DNA of 64,000 nt from Chthonomonas calidirosea (GTDB taxonomy: Bacteria; Armatimonadota; Fimbriimonadia; Fimbriimonadales; Fimbriimonadaceae): the NCBI GenBank assembly GCA_945859975.1, contig CAMAPH010000006.1, positions 23,923 through 87,922 of the forward strand. The letters are read 5' to 3'. The position numbers and the translations under genes were made by a program. Positions 7,578 through 18,892 of this stretch are shown here, piece after piece. The stretch's first letter is position 1. The number at the start of each line of letters is the position of its first letter. The notes under the pieces are model-generated. The model was not told where the DNA came from. It did no database searches and worked only from the letters and a program-made list of their open reading frames with translations.

Positions 7578-10520
7578 ATGAAATCGAGCATTCGTTTCAA
7601 ACTCACATTAATGAGCCGAACTGGGGCGCTTGCGCTTGCGGTAGTCGGCACGTTGATCGGAGCAAGCGGTTCGGCGTTCGCCGGCCAAGGTCAAATCATC
7701 ACCGCAGGCAAATATGCCGGAGACGGCCGGGCGGACATCGCTCGCAAGGTCGCCCTGAAGAAGTATCCGAACGCGATCTCGCAAGAAGAGGCCGTTCTTT
7801 TCCTTCCGCAGATTTCTGTAAAGCTGAAAGCTAATGTCAACGTCGATCTGTTTGCGGCGTACTACGGCCTAACCGTCAGCCGCGTTTTTCCCGGAAACCA
7901 GGTTGTCCTCAACGCGCCTCAAAGCGCGATCCCGAGCATCCTGAAAGCGATGGCGAAGGACACCGCCGTCGAATTCGCGGTGCAGGAAACCAAGATTCCA
8001 CGCGCGAAGCACGCGTTCACGCCGAACGATCCTTTCTATGCCTTTAACAACCCAGCTGGGTTCAAGGGCCAGTGGCACCTGATTAACACGAACAACCACG
8101 GCGGCGCGAACATCGACGTCAAGGCTGGATCGGCCTGGAACATCGACATCACCGGACTCGGAGTCGTGATCGGCATCGTTGACGACGGCCTTGAGCGAAC
8201 TCACGAGGATCTCGTGACCAACTACTCCGCTGCCGACTCATTCGACTTCGGCCAGAGCGATGGCGACCCAACCCCGGTCTACTCGGATGACGACCACGGA
8301 ACCGCGGTCTCCGGCGTCATTGGCGCCCGAGGCGGAAACGGCATCGGCGTCACCGGAATCGCACCGTTCGCCACCCTGGCTGGTTTGCGCTGCGACTTTG
8401 TTTCCGGAACGACAACGATGTTCTCGTCGGCAACCAGTCACCGCTCAAGCGGGGCGAACAAGCAGATCAAGATTAAGAACCACTCTTACGGCTACACCGC
8501 AAGTTTCATAAATGCCACGGCTGAAGCGGCTGCACTTGCAACTTCCTCCGCCGACGGCACGATCCACTGCTTCTCCGCAGGCAACTCCCGCGGTTCCACC
8601 ATGCAGGACACCGCCCGGGCACAATTGCAGTCCGATCCGAATGCGATCGTTGTTGCAGCGTTGAACGATGGCGGAACTTTCACAAGCTACAGCAGCTTCG
8701 GTTCCTCGGTCTTCATCACCGCGCCTAGTTCAGACTCTACCGGCATCATGACGGTAGACCGAACCGGTGCTCCGGGCTACAACCCATCATTCGATACGCT
8801 GCCGAACACGAACTACACCAGTGTCTTTGGTGGAACGTCTTCCTCCAGCCCCCTCGTCGCCGGTGTCCTCGGACTCGTCAAGCAAGTTCAGCCAGCGCTG
8901 AACCCTCGATTCGCAAAGCACCTATTGGCTCGCTTTAGCGATCAGGTCAACCCAACTGATAGCAGCTTCAGCAGCGATGGCGGCTGGAAAACCAACGGCG
9001 CCGGCCTTAAGTTCAACCCGAACTACGGCTTTGGCAACATCAACGTCCAGAAACTCATCACCAACGCACCACTCTTTACCGGAGTGACCGCGCTAGCTAC
9101 CACAACCACTGGCGTCACGACGGTTAACGCCGCGATTCCAGATGCTACGGTGGACACCACCTCGCCCGGGATCGTCTCTCGCACTTTCAGCATCAACTCA
9201 ACTGCGAAGCTTGAAGAAGTTCAGGTTTCGCTCAACCTCACGCACACCTTCCGAGGTGACGTTGAGGCGTACATTACGTCTCCAAGCGGTCTCAAGTCCC
9301 GACTCATTTCGCGAGTTGGAAGTGACGGCGCGGACAACCTCAGCTGGACATTTACTACAAACGCGTTCTGGGGAGAGAACCCAGCCGGAACTTGGACCAT
9401 CGAGCTTCGCGACTACTTCGTCGGAGACACCGGTACGTGGACCAACTATAACGTCACGATGCGACAAGGTGAGTTGATTGCTGGCAACCCGGTAAACGAT
9501 GCCCAGTTCATCAGCCAGAGCGTTCCTACCACGATGTACCTTGGACGACCGTACTCGGTCTCCGTGACCGTTCGAAACAGCGGAACGACCACTTGGTCAC
9601 AAGCCGACTTGTTCTCGCTCGTTTCCGAGAATCCTTTCAGCAACTCGAACTTCGGTACCAACCGACGCGACCTGAGCACAGGTGAGACCGTTCCTCCAGG
9701 AGCGTCTCGAACCTTCACCTTCACGGCAACGGCTCCTGCCACCGCCGGAACCTACAACTTCCAATGGCGAATGCGCCGACGATCGGCTCCCGTCGCTAGC
9801 TTCGGCGAATTCACGACTAACGTTCCGGTCAACGTCATCGACGGCAACAATGCCGGATTCTTCGAGCAGTCGATCCCAACCATGATGGGCGCGGGAACGA
9901 AGTACGAAGTTCTGATTCGGTACTTCAACACCGGTTCGCGACCTTGGACATTCGACCTCTATCGATTGATCTCGCAGAACCCGTACAACAACACAACCTG
10001 GGGCATCTCGAACGTTCAGATGGGTCCAACGGAAACGATCAATCCAGGCGGACTCAAGCAGTGGTACTTCAAGGTCCAAGCGCCAAGCACGCCCGGAACC
10101 TACAACATGCAGTGGAGAATGCGACGACTCGGAGTTGAGGACTTTGGTGACCTCACGCCAAACGTAGCCGTCGTTGTCCGAACCCCTAGAAACAGTTCGT
10201 TTGTCTCGCAAACGGCTCCAACCACGATGGTCAAGGGAACAACCCAGTCCGTCACGGTACGGATGCGAAACACCGGTGCGTTCACATGGGGAAGCGGTTA
10301 CTCGCTCATCTCGCAGAACACCCTTGGCAACACGCGATGGGGAATCAAGAGCGTCCCTCTTGGCGCTGGAGAGACCATTGCTCCTGACGCCGAGAAGACC
10401 TTCACCTTCAACATCACCGCACCGAACACGGCTGGAACCTACAACTTCCAGTGGCAGATGTACTCGGGCGGCACGTTCGGCGCAGCAAGCACGAACATTC
10501 CGATCGTCGTAACCAACTAA
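7578..10520 (+). CDS. Secreted S8 serine protease, kexin/furin-like, with a P-domain and three NBR1-type Ig-like repeats
   Basis: Signal peptide; catalytic IVDDG, DHGT.VSG, SAGN and GGTSSSSP; P-domain THTFRGDVEAYITSPSG...FWGENPAGTW; three repeats N(D/N/S)..F..Q..PT.M...N.G...W...GTYN.QW.M; start uncertain (7578 or 7611). Confidence 0.9.
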   Translation: MKSSIRFKLTLMSRTGALALAVVGTLIGASGSAFAGQGQIITAGKYAGDGRADIARKVALKKYPNAISQEEAVLFLPQISVKLKANVNVDLFAAYYGLTVSRVFPGNQVVLNAPQSAIPSILKAMAKDTAVEFAVQETKIPRAKHAFTPNDPFYAFNNPAGFKGQWHLINTNNHGGANIDVKAGSAWNIDITGLGVVIGIVDDGLERTHEDLVTNYSAADSFDFGQSDGDPTPVYSDDDHGTAVSGVIGARGGNGIGVTGIAPFATLAGLRCDFVSGTTTMFSSATSHRSSGANKQIKIKNHSYGYTASFINATAEAAALATSSADGTIHCFSAGNSRGSTMQDTARAQLQSDPNAIVVAALNDGGTFTSYSSFGSSVFITAPSSDSTGIMTVDRTGAPGYNPSFDTLPNTNYTSVFGGTSSSSPLVAGVLGLVKQVQPALNPRFAKHLLARFSDQVNPTDSSFSSDGGWKTNGAGLKFNPNYGFGNINVQKLITNAPLFTGVTALATTTTGVTTVNAAIPDATVDTTSPGIVSRTFSINSTAKLEEVQVSLNLTHTFRGDVEAYITSPSGLKSRLISRVGSDGADNLSWTFTTNAFWGENPAGTWTIELRDYFVGDTGTWTNYNVTMRQGELIAGNPVNDAQFISQSVPTTMYLGRPYSVSVTVRNSGTTTWSQADLFSLVSENPFSNSNFGTNRRDLSTGETVPPGASRTFTFTATAPATAGTYNFQWRMRRRSAPVASFGEFTTNVPVNVIDGNNAGFFEQSIPTMMGAGTKYEVLIRYFNTGSRPWTFDLYRLISQNPYNNTTWGISNVQMGPTETINPGGLKQWYFKVQAPSTPGTYNMQWRMRRLGVEDFGDLTPNVAVVVRTPRNSSFVSQTAPTTMVKGTTQSVTVRMRNTGAFTWGSGYSLISQNTLGNTRWGIKSVPLGAGETIAPDAEKTFTFNITAPNTAGTYNFQWQMYSGGTFGAASTNIPIVVTN

Positions 10521-10533
10521 GGTAACTCTGCTC

Positions 10534-10573
10534 AGACGCCCAAGCCAGTCCTGGCTTGGGCGTCTCTTTTTTT
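10534..10573 (+). terminator. Intrinsic terminator after the S8 protease
   Basis: AGACGCCCAAGCCAG-tc-CTGGCTTGGGCGTCT followed by a T run. Confidence 0.85.
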
Positions 10574-10652
10574 GTGCCGTCGGTATACTTCAGCTTCCGG
10601 GCGGAAGCCTTGAGTTTGGGTTGTCAACGAAGATTGACCCAGGAAAAAACGC

Positions 10653-12614
10653 ATGTCTGAACCATCAGCGAATCGCGCCTACTCGAAGCTAGATTTCCTC
10701 CGTTTAATGCTCCTAAGTCGAGAAGGCGATCGCCGTGAAGGCATTCTTCTCCGCCAAAGTAAGGGCTGGTTCCAGGTCAGCGGCATGGGTCATGAAGCCC
10801 TTGGCTCCGTTGCCTATTTGCTCCGAGAGGATGACTACATCTTCCCGTACTACCGCGACCGCGCCCTCATGCTGGCTCGAGGGCTCTCCAACTATGAGTT
10901 GGCGCTCGCGTACCTAGCAAAGGCCGAAAGTAGCTCTGGCGGACGGCAAATGCCCGGCCACTACTCCAGCCGCGCCCATAACGTTTTTAGCGTCTGTACT
11001 CCCACCGGAGGCAGTTTGCTCCCCGCCTGCGGAACCGCCTGGGCCATGAAAATGGATGGTAAGGACAGCGTCTGCGTGGCCTCCGTTGGAGACGCGGCCG
11101 CCCGCCAGGGAGAGTTCTTCGAAGCCGTCGCCTTCGCGCTCCAAGAAAAGCTCCCCGTGGTTTTCGTCGTCGAGGACAACAAGTACGGCATCTCCACGCC
11201 GACCGCCAAGTTCCTTCCCTTCCACCTAGAAATGCTCAGCGACGAGCATGTGGTCAAGGTCGATGCTCGACATCCTGACCGTGTCTTGGACGCCTTTGGG
11301 CCAGCCATTGATCGTGCACGCCGAGGAGACGGTCCGACCGTTATCTGGGCCGATCTCGACCGACTTTCATCTCACACCTCCTCCGATGATCACCGCATCT
11401 ATCGCGATCTCGCCGAGATCGAAGAGATGGCACTGCGTGACCCGATTCGTCTTCTTGCCGAGGAGCTCATCCAAGCCGGCGACCTCGACCAAGAAACGTG
11501 GCAAGCCATTCAGGATGAAGTGGTCGCAAGCGTCGACCAAGACTATCTTCGGGCCGAGAAGCAACCCGACCCGAGCGCGTCGACTGTGCTCGATCACAGC
11601 TACGGCACCGTGAATCCGAGCCCCGCTCCGCCGATTGAGCCGACCGATCGAACCACGATGGTCCAGGCAATGAACACCACCTTCCGCGCTGCCCTAGAGG
11701 CCAATCGCAAAGTGGTTTTCTTTGGTCAGGACATTGAAGATCCGAAAGGTGGCGTATTCGGCCTGACCAAGGGCCTCAGCGAGTCGTTCCCGCATCAAGT
11801 TTTCAACTCCCCGCTCGCCGAAGCCACGATCATGGGCGTCGCGGTCGGAATGTCCGCCTACGGCTGGCTACCGGTCTTTGAACTCCAGTTTGTCGACTTC
11901 ATGGCCCCTGGCTGGAACCAGATCACCACGAACATGAGCACCCTGCGCTGGCGCTCCAACGGGGACTGGAAGTGCCCGATGGTGATCTACACGCCGTACG
12001 GCGCATACCTGCCTGGCGGCTCGCTCTGGCACAGCCAGGCGAATGAGAGCTACCTCTTGCACACACCGGGCCTAAAGGTCGCCGTTCCAAGCACCCCGCA
12101 GGATGCAGCTGGCCTCATCTGGTCTGCTATCCACGGCGACGATCCACACTTCGTCCTCATTCCGAAACACGTCTTCCGAAAGCCGGTGGCGATTAGCAGC
12201 GTGGAGGCAGTTCCGTTCGGCTCCGCTCGCATCGTGCGTGAAGGCACCGACGTAACGCTGGTCACTTTCGGCAACTGCGTTGAGCTCGCCGAAGAAGCCG
12301 CCGCAAAGTCGTCCGCGAGCATCGAAGTAATCGACCTTCGTAGCCTGCAGCCGATCGACTACGACACCATCACGAAGTCCGTTGAGAAAACCGGTCGCCT
12401 AGTGGTTCTCCACGAGGACAACATCACGTGCGGCGTGGGACAAGCCGTCATCGCGGAAATGACCCGGATTCCAGAGCGATGGACTCTGTTCCTCTCACCA
12501 CCACAGCTCGTGGCCCGACCGGATGTTCACATCGGCTACAACCCGATCTTTGAATACGCTGCCCTGCCGGATCTTGGCAACGTTCTGGAAGCGATCGCGA
12601 CCGTAATGGAATAA
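10653..12614 (+). CDS. 2-oxoacid (branched-chain/pyruvate) dehydrogenase E1, fused alpha/beta subunits
   Basis: TPP motif GDAA..QG.FFE...EDN.YGIS, SHTSSDD, GQDI...GGVFG, PLAEATI.G and ELQFVDF. Confidence 0.92.
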   Translation: MSEPSANRAYSKLDFLRLMLLSREGDRREGILLRQSKGWFQVSGMGHEALGSVAYLLREDDYIFPYYRDRALMLARGLSNYELALAYLAKAESSSGGRQMPGHYSSRAHNVFSVCTPTGGSLLPACGTAWAMKMDGKDSVCVASVGDAAARQGEFFEAVAFALQEKLPVVFVVEDNKYGISTPTAKFLPFHLEMLSDEHVVKVDARHPDRVLDAFGPAIDRARRGDGPTVIWADLDRLSSHTSSDDHRIYRDLAEIEEMALRDPIRLLAEELIQAGDLDQETWQAIQDEVVASVDQDYLRAEKQPDPSASTVLDHSYGTVNPSPAPPIEPTDRTTMVQAMNTTFRAALEANRKVVFFGQDIEDPKGGVFGLTKGLSESFPHQVFNSPLAEATIMGVAVGMSAYGWLPVFELQFVDFMAPGWNQITTNMSTLRWRSNGDWKCPMVIYTPYGAYLPGGSLWHSQANESYLLHTPGLKVAVPSTPQDAAGLIWSAIHGDDPHFVLIPKHVFRKPVAISSVEAVPFGSARIVREGTDVTLVTFGNCVELAEEAAAKSSASIEVIDLRSLQPIDYDTITKSVEKTGRLVVLHEDNITCGVGQAVIAEMTRIPERWTLFLSPPQLVARPDVHIGYNPIFEYAALPDLGNVLEAIATVME

Positions 12615-12643
12615 GGGTGAGGTCCATTAGGACCTCACCCTTA
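12612..12643. terminator. Hairpin between convergent genes, probably a bidirectional terminator
   Basis: Perfect 14-bp stem TAAGGGTGAGGTCC-atta-GGACCTCACCCTTA. Confidence 0.7.
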
Positions 12644-12654
12644 AGAACGCGAGC

Positions 12655-13365
12655 TTAGAAGGACTGCGGGCGAACGATCATCGCCTGAACGGATTCAGCC
12701 TTCTTGGCTTCTGGTTTGTGGATCAAGAAGCCAGCAAGCGCCGACCAGCCCATAAGGGTCAAGAGCACAAACGCGCCGAGCGAAAACTTCTGGACTCGGA
12801 CCTGAGCCTTGTCCGAAATCGTGATGCCCCATCGGACGCAGAAGTTCCAGATTCCGTAAGCCAGGTGGTAGCTGGCCGTCAAGACCAGAACCAGATAGAA
12901 GATCATCCAAACGCCGCCGTAAGAAGTCAGTTTTTCCTGCCAAGCCGCGTACTTGATGATCTCAGGATCACCCGTCGCGTACTTCCGAACCGTCGTCATC
13001 GAGACGTGGATAATCAGCGCGAAGAACAGGTAGATGCCGCTCACCCGCTGTAACCAGTACATACGGTTCTCGGAGAATCCGTACTTGGTGCCGATGAAGT
13101 TGCTCTGCGCGCGACCGGCGATAAACAGACCGTAAACGGCGTGAAAGATCAGCGGCAACCAAATCGCCACAACTTCCAAGGCAAGCAGAATGTGCTTTGG
13201 CATGCCTTCGAAGAAGCCAATCAGACCATCAAAAGCTGCGGGACCGGCCACGGAGAACGTGTTCAGCGTAAGGTGCTGAGCCATGTAGTAGCCAACCGGA
13301 ACAATGCCGGTCAACGAATGTAACCGGTGTAACACGTAATTTTCTTTGTTGAGCGCCAGTGCCAT
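12655..13365 (-). CDS. sdhC: Succinate dehydrogenase cytochrome b558 subunit (Bacillus-type, five TM helices)
   Basis: RLHSLTGIVP, FHA.YG, LQRVSG...IIHV and YHLAYGIW.F..RWGIT with heme-ligand histidines. Confidence 0.88.
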   Translation of the reverse strand: MALALNKENYVLHRLHSLTGIVPVGYYMAQHLTLNTFSVAGPAAFDGLIGFFEGMPKHILLALEVVAIWLPLIFHAVYGLFIAGRAQSNFIGTKYGFSENRMYWLQRVSGIYLFFALIIHVSMTTVRKYATGDPEIIKYAAWQEKLTSYGGVWMIFYLVLVLTASYHLAYGIWNFCVRWGITISDKAQVRVQKFSLGAFVLLTLMGWSALAGFLIHKPEAKKAESVQAMIVRPQSF

Positions 13366-13374
13366 TTCGTATAG

Positions 13375-14745
<1,371 letters not shown>

Positions 14746-14760
14746 CGGCAGGGCGACTAC

Positions 14761-14833
14761 CGTGGCTTTGAGTTTCCTGGCTTTCCAGCTACTCAAAGCC
14801 ACGCAAGGCTACACAAAGCCATGCAAAGCGCCG
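14761..14833. repeat. 13-bp-arm inverted repeat plus four 10-bp tandem units between convergent genes
   Basis: CGTGGCTTTGAGT (14761-14773) / ACTCAAAGCCACG (14791-14803); units caaagccacg, caaggctaca, caaagccatg and caaagcgccg from 14794. Confidence 0.75.
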
Positions 14834-14848
14834 CCCACAGCGCCCGCC

Positions 14849-15319
14849 TCAGGGCACTAACGCATGGAGAACGGTGAAGTACTCGGTCACCTGTTCGATG
14901 TGATACAGATCGTGCCCCAACAGGAACGTTGCCTGATCGCTGACTGTGATCACGCCTCGCTCCGAGTGGACCGCCGACAGGCTCCACTTCTCCGCCGGGA
15001 GTTCTTCGAGGAAGTTGACCGTGTCTCGGCGGCGGTTGGCGAACACTTCCAACTCGTGATGCGGCTCTTTTGTTTCGTACTTCTTCTCGATCGCTCGCGC
15101 GCCTTCGTCGTATGCCGGAAGGGTTGAACCCGGATGCTCGACCGTTTGCCGCAAACGATCCAGGAAGATGTCCTCCCAATCCGCAATGTGCGCGATCACT
15201 TCAACCAGATTGAATCGGTCGGCTTGGAGTGCCTCCGAATACCTTTCTGGCGAGATTTGATCCAGCATTCGAACCAGAATGGCGGGCGTGTGTCGAATCG
15301 AAAGCACGTACGGGTTCAT
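14849..15319 (-). CDS. DinB/YfiT family protein
   Basis: EVIAHIAD.E and GHDLYHIEQ histidine triad pattern. Confidence 0.85.
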   Translation of the reverse strand: MNPYVLSIRHTPAILVRMLDQISPERYSEALQADRFNLVEVIAHIADWEDIFLDRLRQTVEHPGSTLPAYDEGARAIEKKYETKEPHHELEVFANRRRDTVNFLEELPAEKWSLSAVHSERGVITVSDQATFLLGHDLYHIEQVTEYFTVLHALVP

Positions 15320-15386
15320 TTCAAATTTAGCCTACCAATACTTTGTCCATTCGTAAAGGACAGGTAGGCTCGAAGCGTAGGACACG

Positions 15387-16112
15387 ATGGAGATGGAGTT
15401 CACGCGAAAAGGATTTTTAATCACCGCTGGTGCGGCCGGGGTCCAAATGGCCACTGCCGGACTCCCTGTCTCACTCATCCAAAGTCAAGGAACAAAACGC
15501 ATGGAACCCAAGCTCGTTAAAGTACCCACCGAAGCAGATATTGCCAAGGCTCTGAAAACCGACGGTCGCGGCATTAGCGCTGCCACCCACAAAGCGCACC
15601 TCACCCTCTGGCAGGGCTACGCAAACAAGACCAACGAGATCCGAAAGGCACTCGCCGAACTCGACACCGACCCAGCAAAGGGCAACCAGATCTACAGCGT
15701 CACCCGATCGCTCAAGGTCAACTATGCATTCGCCTACGGCGGATACATCAACCACAACGTCTACTTCGACACTCTAGGCGGCGAGGGCAAGATCGGCGGC
15801 GACATCGAAGCCCTGATCAAAGAAGCCTACGGCTCCGTCGAAAAGTGGAAAGCCGATTGGAAGATCACCGGAATCTCCTCCCGCGGTTGGGCCTACCTCG
15901 GCTACGACCAGGATGAGCAGCGCGTCTTCAACTACGCCGGCGACGCCCAAGACACCTTCCCAGCCTGGAACAACACCCTCGTCCTCGCTATGGACGTCTA
16001 CGAGCACGCCTACTTCCTCGACTACCAAATCGCCCGAGCCAAGTACATCGACGCCTACTTCGAGCTGATCGATTGGGACGCCGTCAACGCCCGACTCGCC
16101 AAGGGTCGCTGA
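15387..16112 (+). CDS. Fe/Mn superoxide dismutase family protein with a Tat-like leader
   Basis: AHLTLWQGY, NHNVYF, RGWAYL and MDVYEHAY; N-terminal TRKGFL followed by a hydrophobic stretch. Confidence 0.88.
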   Translation: MEMEFTRKGFLITAGAAGVQMATAGLPVSLIQSQGTKRMEPKLVKVPTEADIAKALKTDGRGISAATHKAHLTLWQGYANKTNEIRKALAELDTDPAKGNQIYSVTRSLKVNYAFAYGGYINHNVYFDTLGGEGKIGGDIEALIKEAYGSVEKWKADWKITGISSRGWAYLGYDQDEQRVFNYAGDAQDTFPAWNNTLVLAMDVYEHAYFLDYQIARAKYIDAYFELIDWDAVNARLAKGR

Positions 16113-16146
16113 TATAGAAGCTCGCTCCTAGGACGAAGAAAGCGTT

Positions 16147-17637
16147 CTAGGAGCCTTCTCTAGCTAGCTCGGCGGAATCTTCATCCGCCGTTTCTGAGAC
16201 CCTTTCGATTCGCAACTGCAATATCCTGCGGCCGTCAGTCTTGATCACCGTAAACCGGTGGCCCGCTTCATCGATCGACTCCCCGAACACCGGTTGCCTT
16301 CCGAACAGCCCGAATACGTAGCCGCCAATCGTGTCGAATTCCTCGCTGTCGAACTCGCTATCGATCTCGTGATTGACGTCATTCCAGTGTGTCTTTCCGT
16401 CCACTAGCCAGCCGTCATCCAGTTTCTGGAACGAGGGCTCCTCGTTGTCGTATTCGTCGACGATGTCACCAACGAGTTCCTCTACGATGTCCTCAATGGT
16501 GACGATCCCCGCGGTTCCGCCGAACTCGTCTTGCACAATCGCGAACTGGCTCCGTGAGTTCCGCATTTCGCCCAGGAGTTCGTGCAAATTTTTGTTCTCT
16601 GGCACGAACAGCGGCTGGCGCATGATGCCGCGAAGAGTTACTTTTTTTCCGGCGGCAATAGCCATCAGCAAGTCTTTCGCATGGACGATGCCGACGATCT
16701 GGTCGTCGGTCTCCTCAAAAAGCGGAATGCGCGAGTGGCCGGTGGTCTCGATCATCTTCACCGCGGTAATCGCATCGGCGGTCACGCTGAGTGCATCGAG
16801 GTCCACGCGCGGCGTCATGATCTCTCGAGCGATGGTGTCAGAGAACTCGAACACGCTGTGGATGAGTTCTTTCTCGTCCCGCTCAATTTCGCCGGTCTCT
16901 TCAGCACTCTCCACCAAGTTTCGGATCTCATCTTCCGCCTGAGTTGGACTGCTAAAGCTCGCCTTTGCCCCAAAGTGGGCCGTAATCAGGTTGGCCAACG
17001 TAGCCAGTAGCCAGGTGAAAAGTCCAAATACAGCTGCCGAAAGTTTAATAAATGGATACAGCGTTTGGGCAACGCGATGCGGGCGAACCGAAGCAAAGCT
17101 CTTGGGCACCAGCTGGCCAACAATTAGATTTACCAGCTCAACCGGAATGACGACGACCAGACTCGCCAGGAGAATGGACCGAAAGTCTGCCGGCCAGCCA
17201 AACCGTTCGACGAACGAACCAGCCAGCCCCTGACCGAGAATAAAACTTCCGAAAATCAATCCAAGGTGGGTCAACTGCCGACCGAAGATGCAAGCCGACA
17301 TGTAGCGCGCCTTATTCTCGTGCAGATCGAGCAAGATTCGGGACAAGCCATCGCCAAACTCCTTGCCATGCCGAGCGTGGATCGGTCGAAGCACATCCAT
17401 CGCGGTCTCCCCGGCAACAAACGCGCCCGCTAAGACGAGGACCAATAGCAACAGGAAGCTCACGGTGGTGCCGCTGACTACCGGCTCACCAATGGAGATC
17501 ACCGCGGCTTGATTCATGCCAAGCTGCGCCTGCTGGCCGAGGGCAAGCAGAGCAATGAGCAACACGGTCATGACGCCAATCACGACGTTGAGGCCGCCTT
17601 TCACTGGATCCACAGGCTTTTGCGACACGCGCTTCAA
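16147..17637 (-). CDS. HlyC/CorC (CNNM) family transporter with CBS domains
   Basis: N-terminal TM region, GQLVPK, AREIMTPR, HSRIP, VQDEFGGTAGIVTIEDIVEELVGDI.DE and DTIGG. Confidence 0.92.
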   Translation of the reverse strand: MKRVSQKPVDPVKGGLNVVIGVMTVLLIALLALGQQAQLGMNQAAVISIGEPVVSGTTVSFLLLLVLVLAGAFVAGETAMDVLRPIHARHGKEFGDGLSRILLDLHENKARYMSACIFGRQLTHLGLIFGSFILGQGLAGSFVERFGWPADFRSILLASLVVVIPVELVNLIVGQLVPKSFASVRPHRVAQTLYPFIKLSAAVFGLFTWLLATLANLITAHFGAKASFSSPTQAEDEIRNLVESAEETGEIERDEKELIHSVFEFSDTIAREIMTPRVDLDALSVTADAITAVKMIETTGHSRIPLFEETDDQIVGIVHAKDLLMAIAAGKKVTLRGIMRQPLFVPENKNLHELLGEMRNSRSQFAIVQDEFGGTAGIVTIEDIVEELVGDIVDEYDNEEPSFQKLDDGWLVDGKTHWNDVNHEIDSEFDSEEFDTIGGYVFGLFGRQPVFGESIDEAGHRFTVIKTDGRRILQLRIERVSETADEDSAELAREGS

Positions 17638-18356
17638 CGCGGCACCAATCCAAAGACAACGAGCGCAAGCACGGTGCCAACTCCTGCGCCAAGCACCAAC
17701 TCAAACATCGAGTGGATCTTCGCTTCATACCGGCTCTGAGCGACAATGCACGCCAAAAGAATCGCTAGGGCCGACGCTAGGGCGTTGTCCGTGACAAACG
17801 GAACGGCGAAGGCAAAGAAGAACGCGTAAGCCGCGTGACCGCTAACCAGACCACCTTTGAAAACGGTCCCTCGTTTGCCAAGTCCTTTCCCGACGATCAC
17901 CGTGATCAGAACAAGAAAGGCCCCGAGAATCAAGCGAGGCACGAGCGCCAAGCCCAAACCTTCGGAAGTCAGGTTGACCTTAATCGCTTCCCAGCGGTCT
18001 TCACCAAAGATGAGCAACGAGCCAACGACAAGCGCGATAAGGGTCGTTATGAGCACTGCGCCGGCGGCGATATCTTTCGCAAACTTCGCTAGCGGGTGAT
18101 AGTTCGGACTCACAAGGTCCACCGTCGCCTCAATGGCCGAGTTGAACATTTCGGCAACCACAACCAGCGAGATCGTGAACAGGAGCACCAACATCTCTCG
18201 AAGTTGAAGGTCCACCAAGATGCCCAGGAGCACCACGATCAAAACCACAAACAGGTGGAAGCGCATGTGGCGCTGGGTTTTGAAGGTGAAAACGATTCCG
18301 TTCAGGGCAACTTTGAACGGCTGAATAAGATTGCTGACCCCGCTCCACTTGCTCAT
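17634..18356 (-). CDS. dgkA: Diacylglycerol/undecaprenol kinase (DgkA) fused to a PAP2-like domain
   Basis: F.VALNGI, EMFNSAIE..VD and AKDIAAGAV; C-terminal SGHAA and QSR...IH; ATGA overlap with ybeY. Confidence 0.85.
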   Translation of the reverse strand: MSKWSGVSNLIQPFKVALNGIVFTFKTQRHMRFHLFVVLIVVLLGILVDLQLREMLVLLFTISLVVVAEMFNSAIEATVDLVSPNYHPLAKFAKDIAAGAVLITTLIALVVGSLLIFGEDRWEAIKVNLTSEGLGLALVPRLILGAFLVLITVIVGKGLGKRGTVFKGGLVSGHAAYAFFFAFAVPFVTDNALASALAILLACIVAQSRYEAKIHSMFELVLGAGVGTVLALVVFGLVPR

Positions 18357-18832
18357 GCCGTCACCTCGTGCAGGAGAGAGCTCCATTCGGGGTCTTGCGG
18401 CAAGCCGAGCGACGCGGCGATCAAGTTCTGTTCACGAAGCATCTCGGCGCGAAGCACTTCCTCGACGTCATCAAATCCGGCTAAGTGCAGACTGCCGTGG
18501 ATCACGAGGTGGGCAATTTCTTCTTCAGGTGCCCAACCGCGCAGGGCGGCTTGCCGAGCTGCGTAATCTGTGGCAACCGCGATCTCACCGAGCGAGCCAA
18601 GAAGCTCAGACCCCGTCGGAAACGTGAGGACGTCGGTGGCTTCATCAATCCCGCGAAAGCGAGAATTCAAATCGCGAATGACTTCATCCGAAGTCAGGAG
18701 AACGGAGACATCGCCCGCCGGAGCCTCGTGCCGTTGAAGGGTTTCACGCACGGCACGTTCTAAAAGGCGAGAATCAATGTTCTCGCCAGAAGAATTTAGG
18801 ATGACTACGTTACGGTAACTGGGGGGTTCCAT
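18353..18832 (-). CDS. ybeY: rRNA maturation endoribonuclease YbeY
   Basis: LN..FRG.D.ATDVLTF, LGEI and HLVIHGSLHLAGFD. Confidence 0.93.
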   Translation of the reverse strand: MEPPSYRNVVILNSSGENIDSRLLERAVRETLQRHEAPAGDVSVLLTSDEVIRDLNSRFRGIDEATDVLTFPTGSELLGSLGEIAVATDYAARQAALRGWAPEEEIAHLVIHGSLHLAGFDDVEEVLRAEMLREQNLIAASLGLPQDPEWSSLLHEVTA

Positions 18833-18892
18833 ATTTGTGGCAAGCGCGTCCTCCCGCTCGGAGCGGGGCTACTTTCTTGCCGCAGGACTCAA

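Noticed and set aside
10653..12614. Fused E1 alpha/beta as a novelty
   Set aside because: A well-known fusion in many bacterial phyla
17634..18356. DgkA-PAP2 fusion as a novelty
   Set aside because: Known architecture in the common ybeY-dgkA-hlyC neighbourhood
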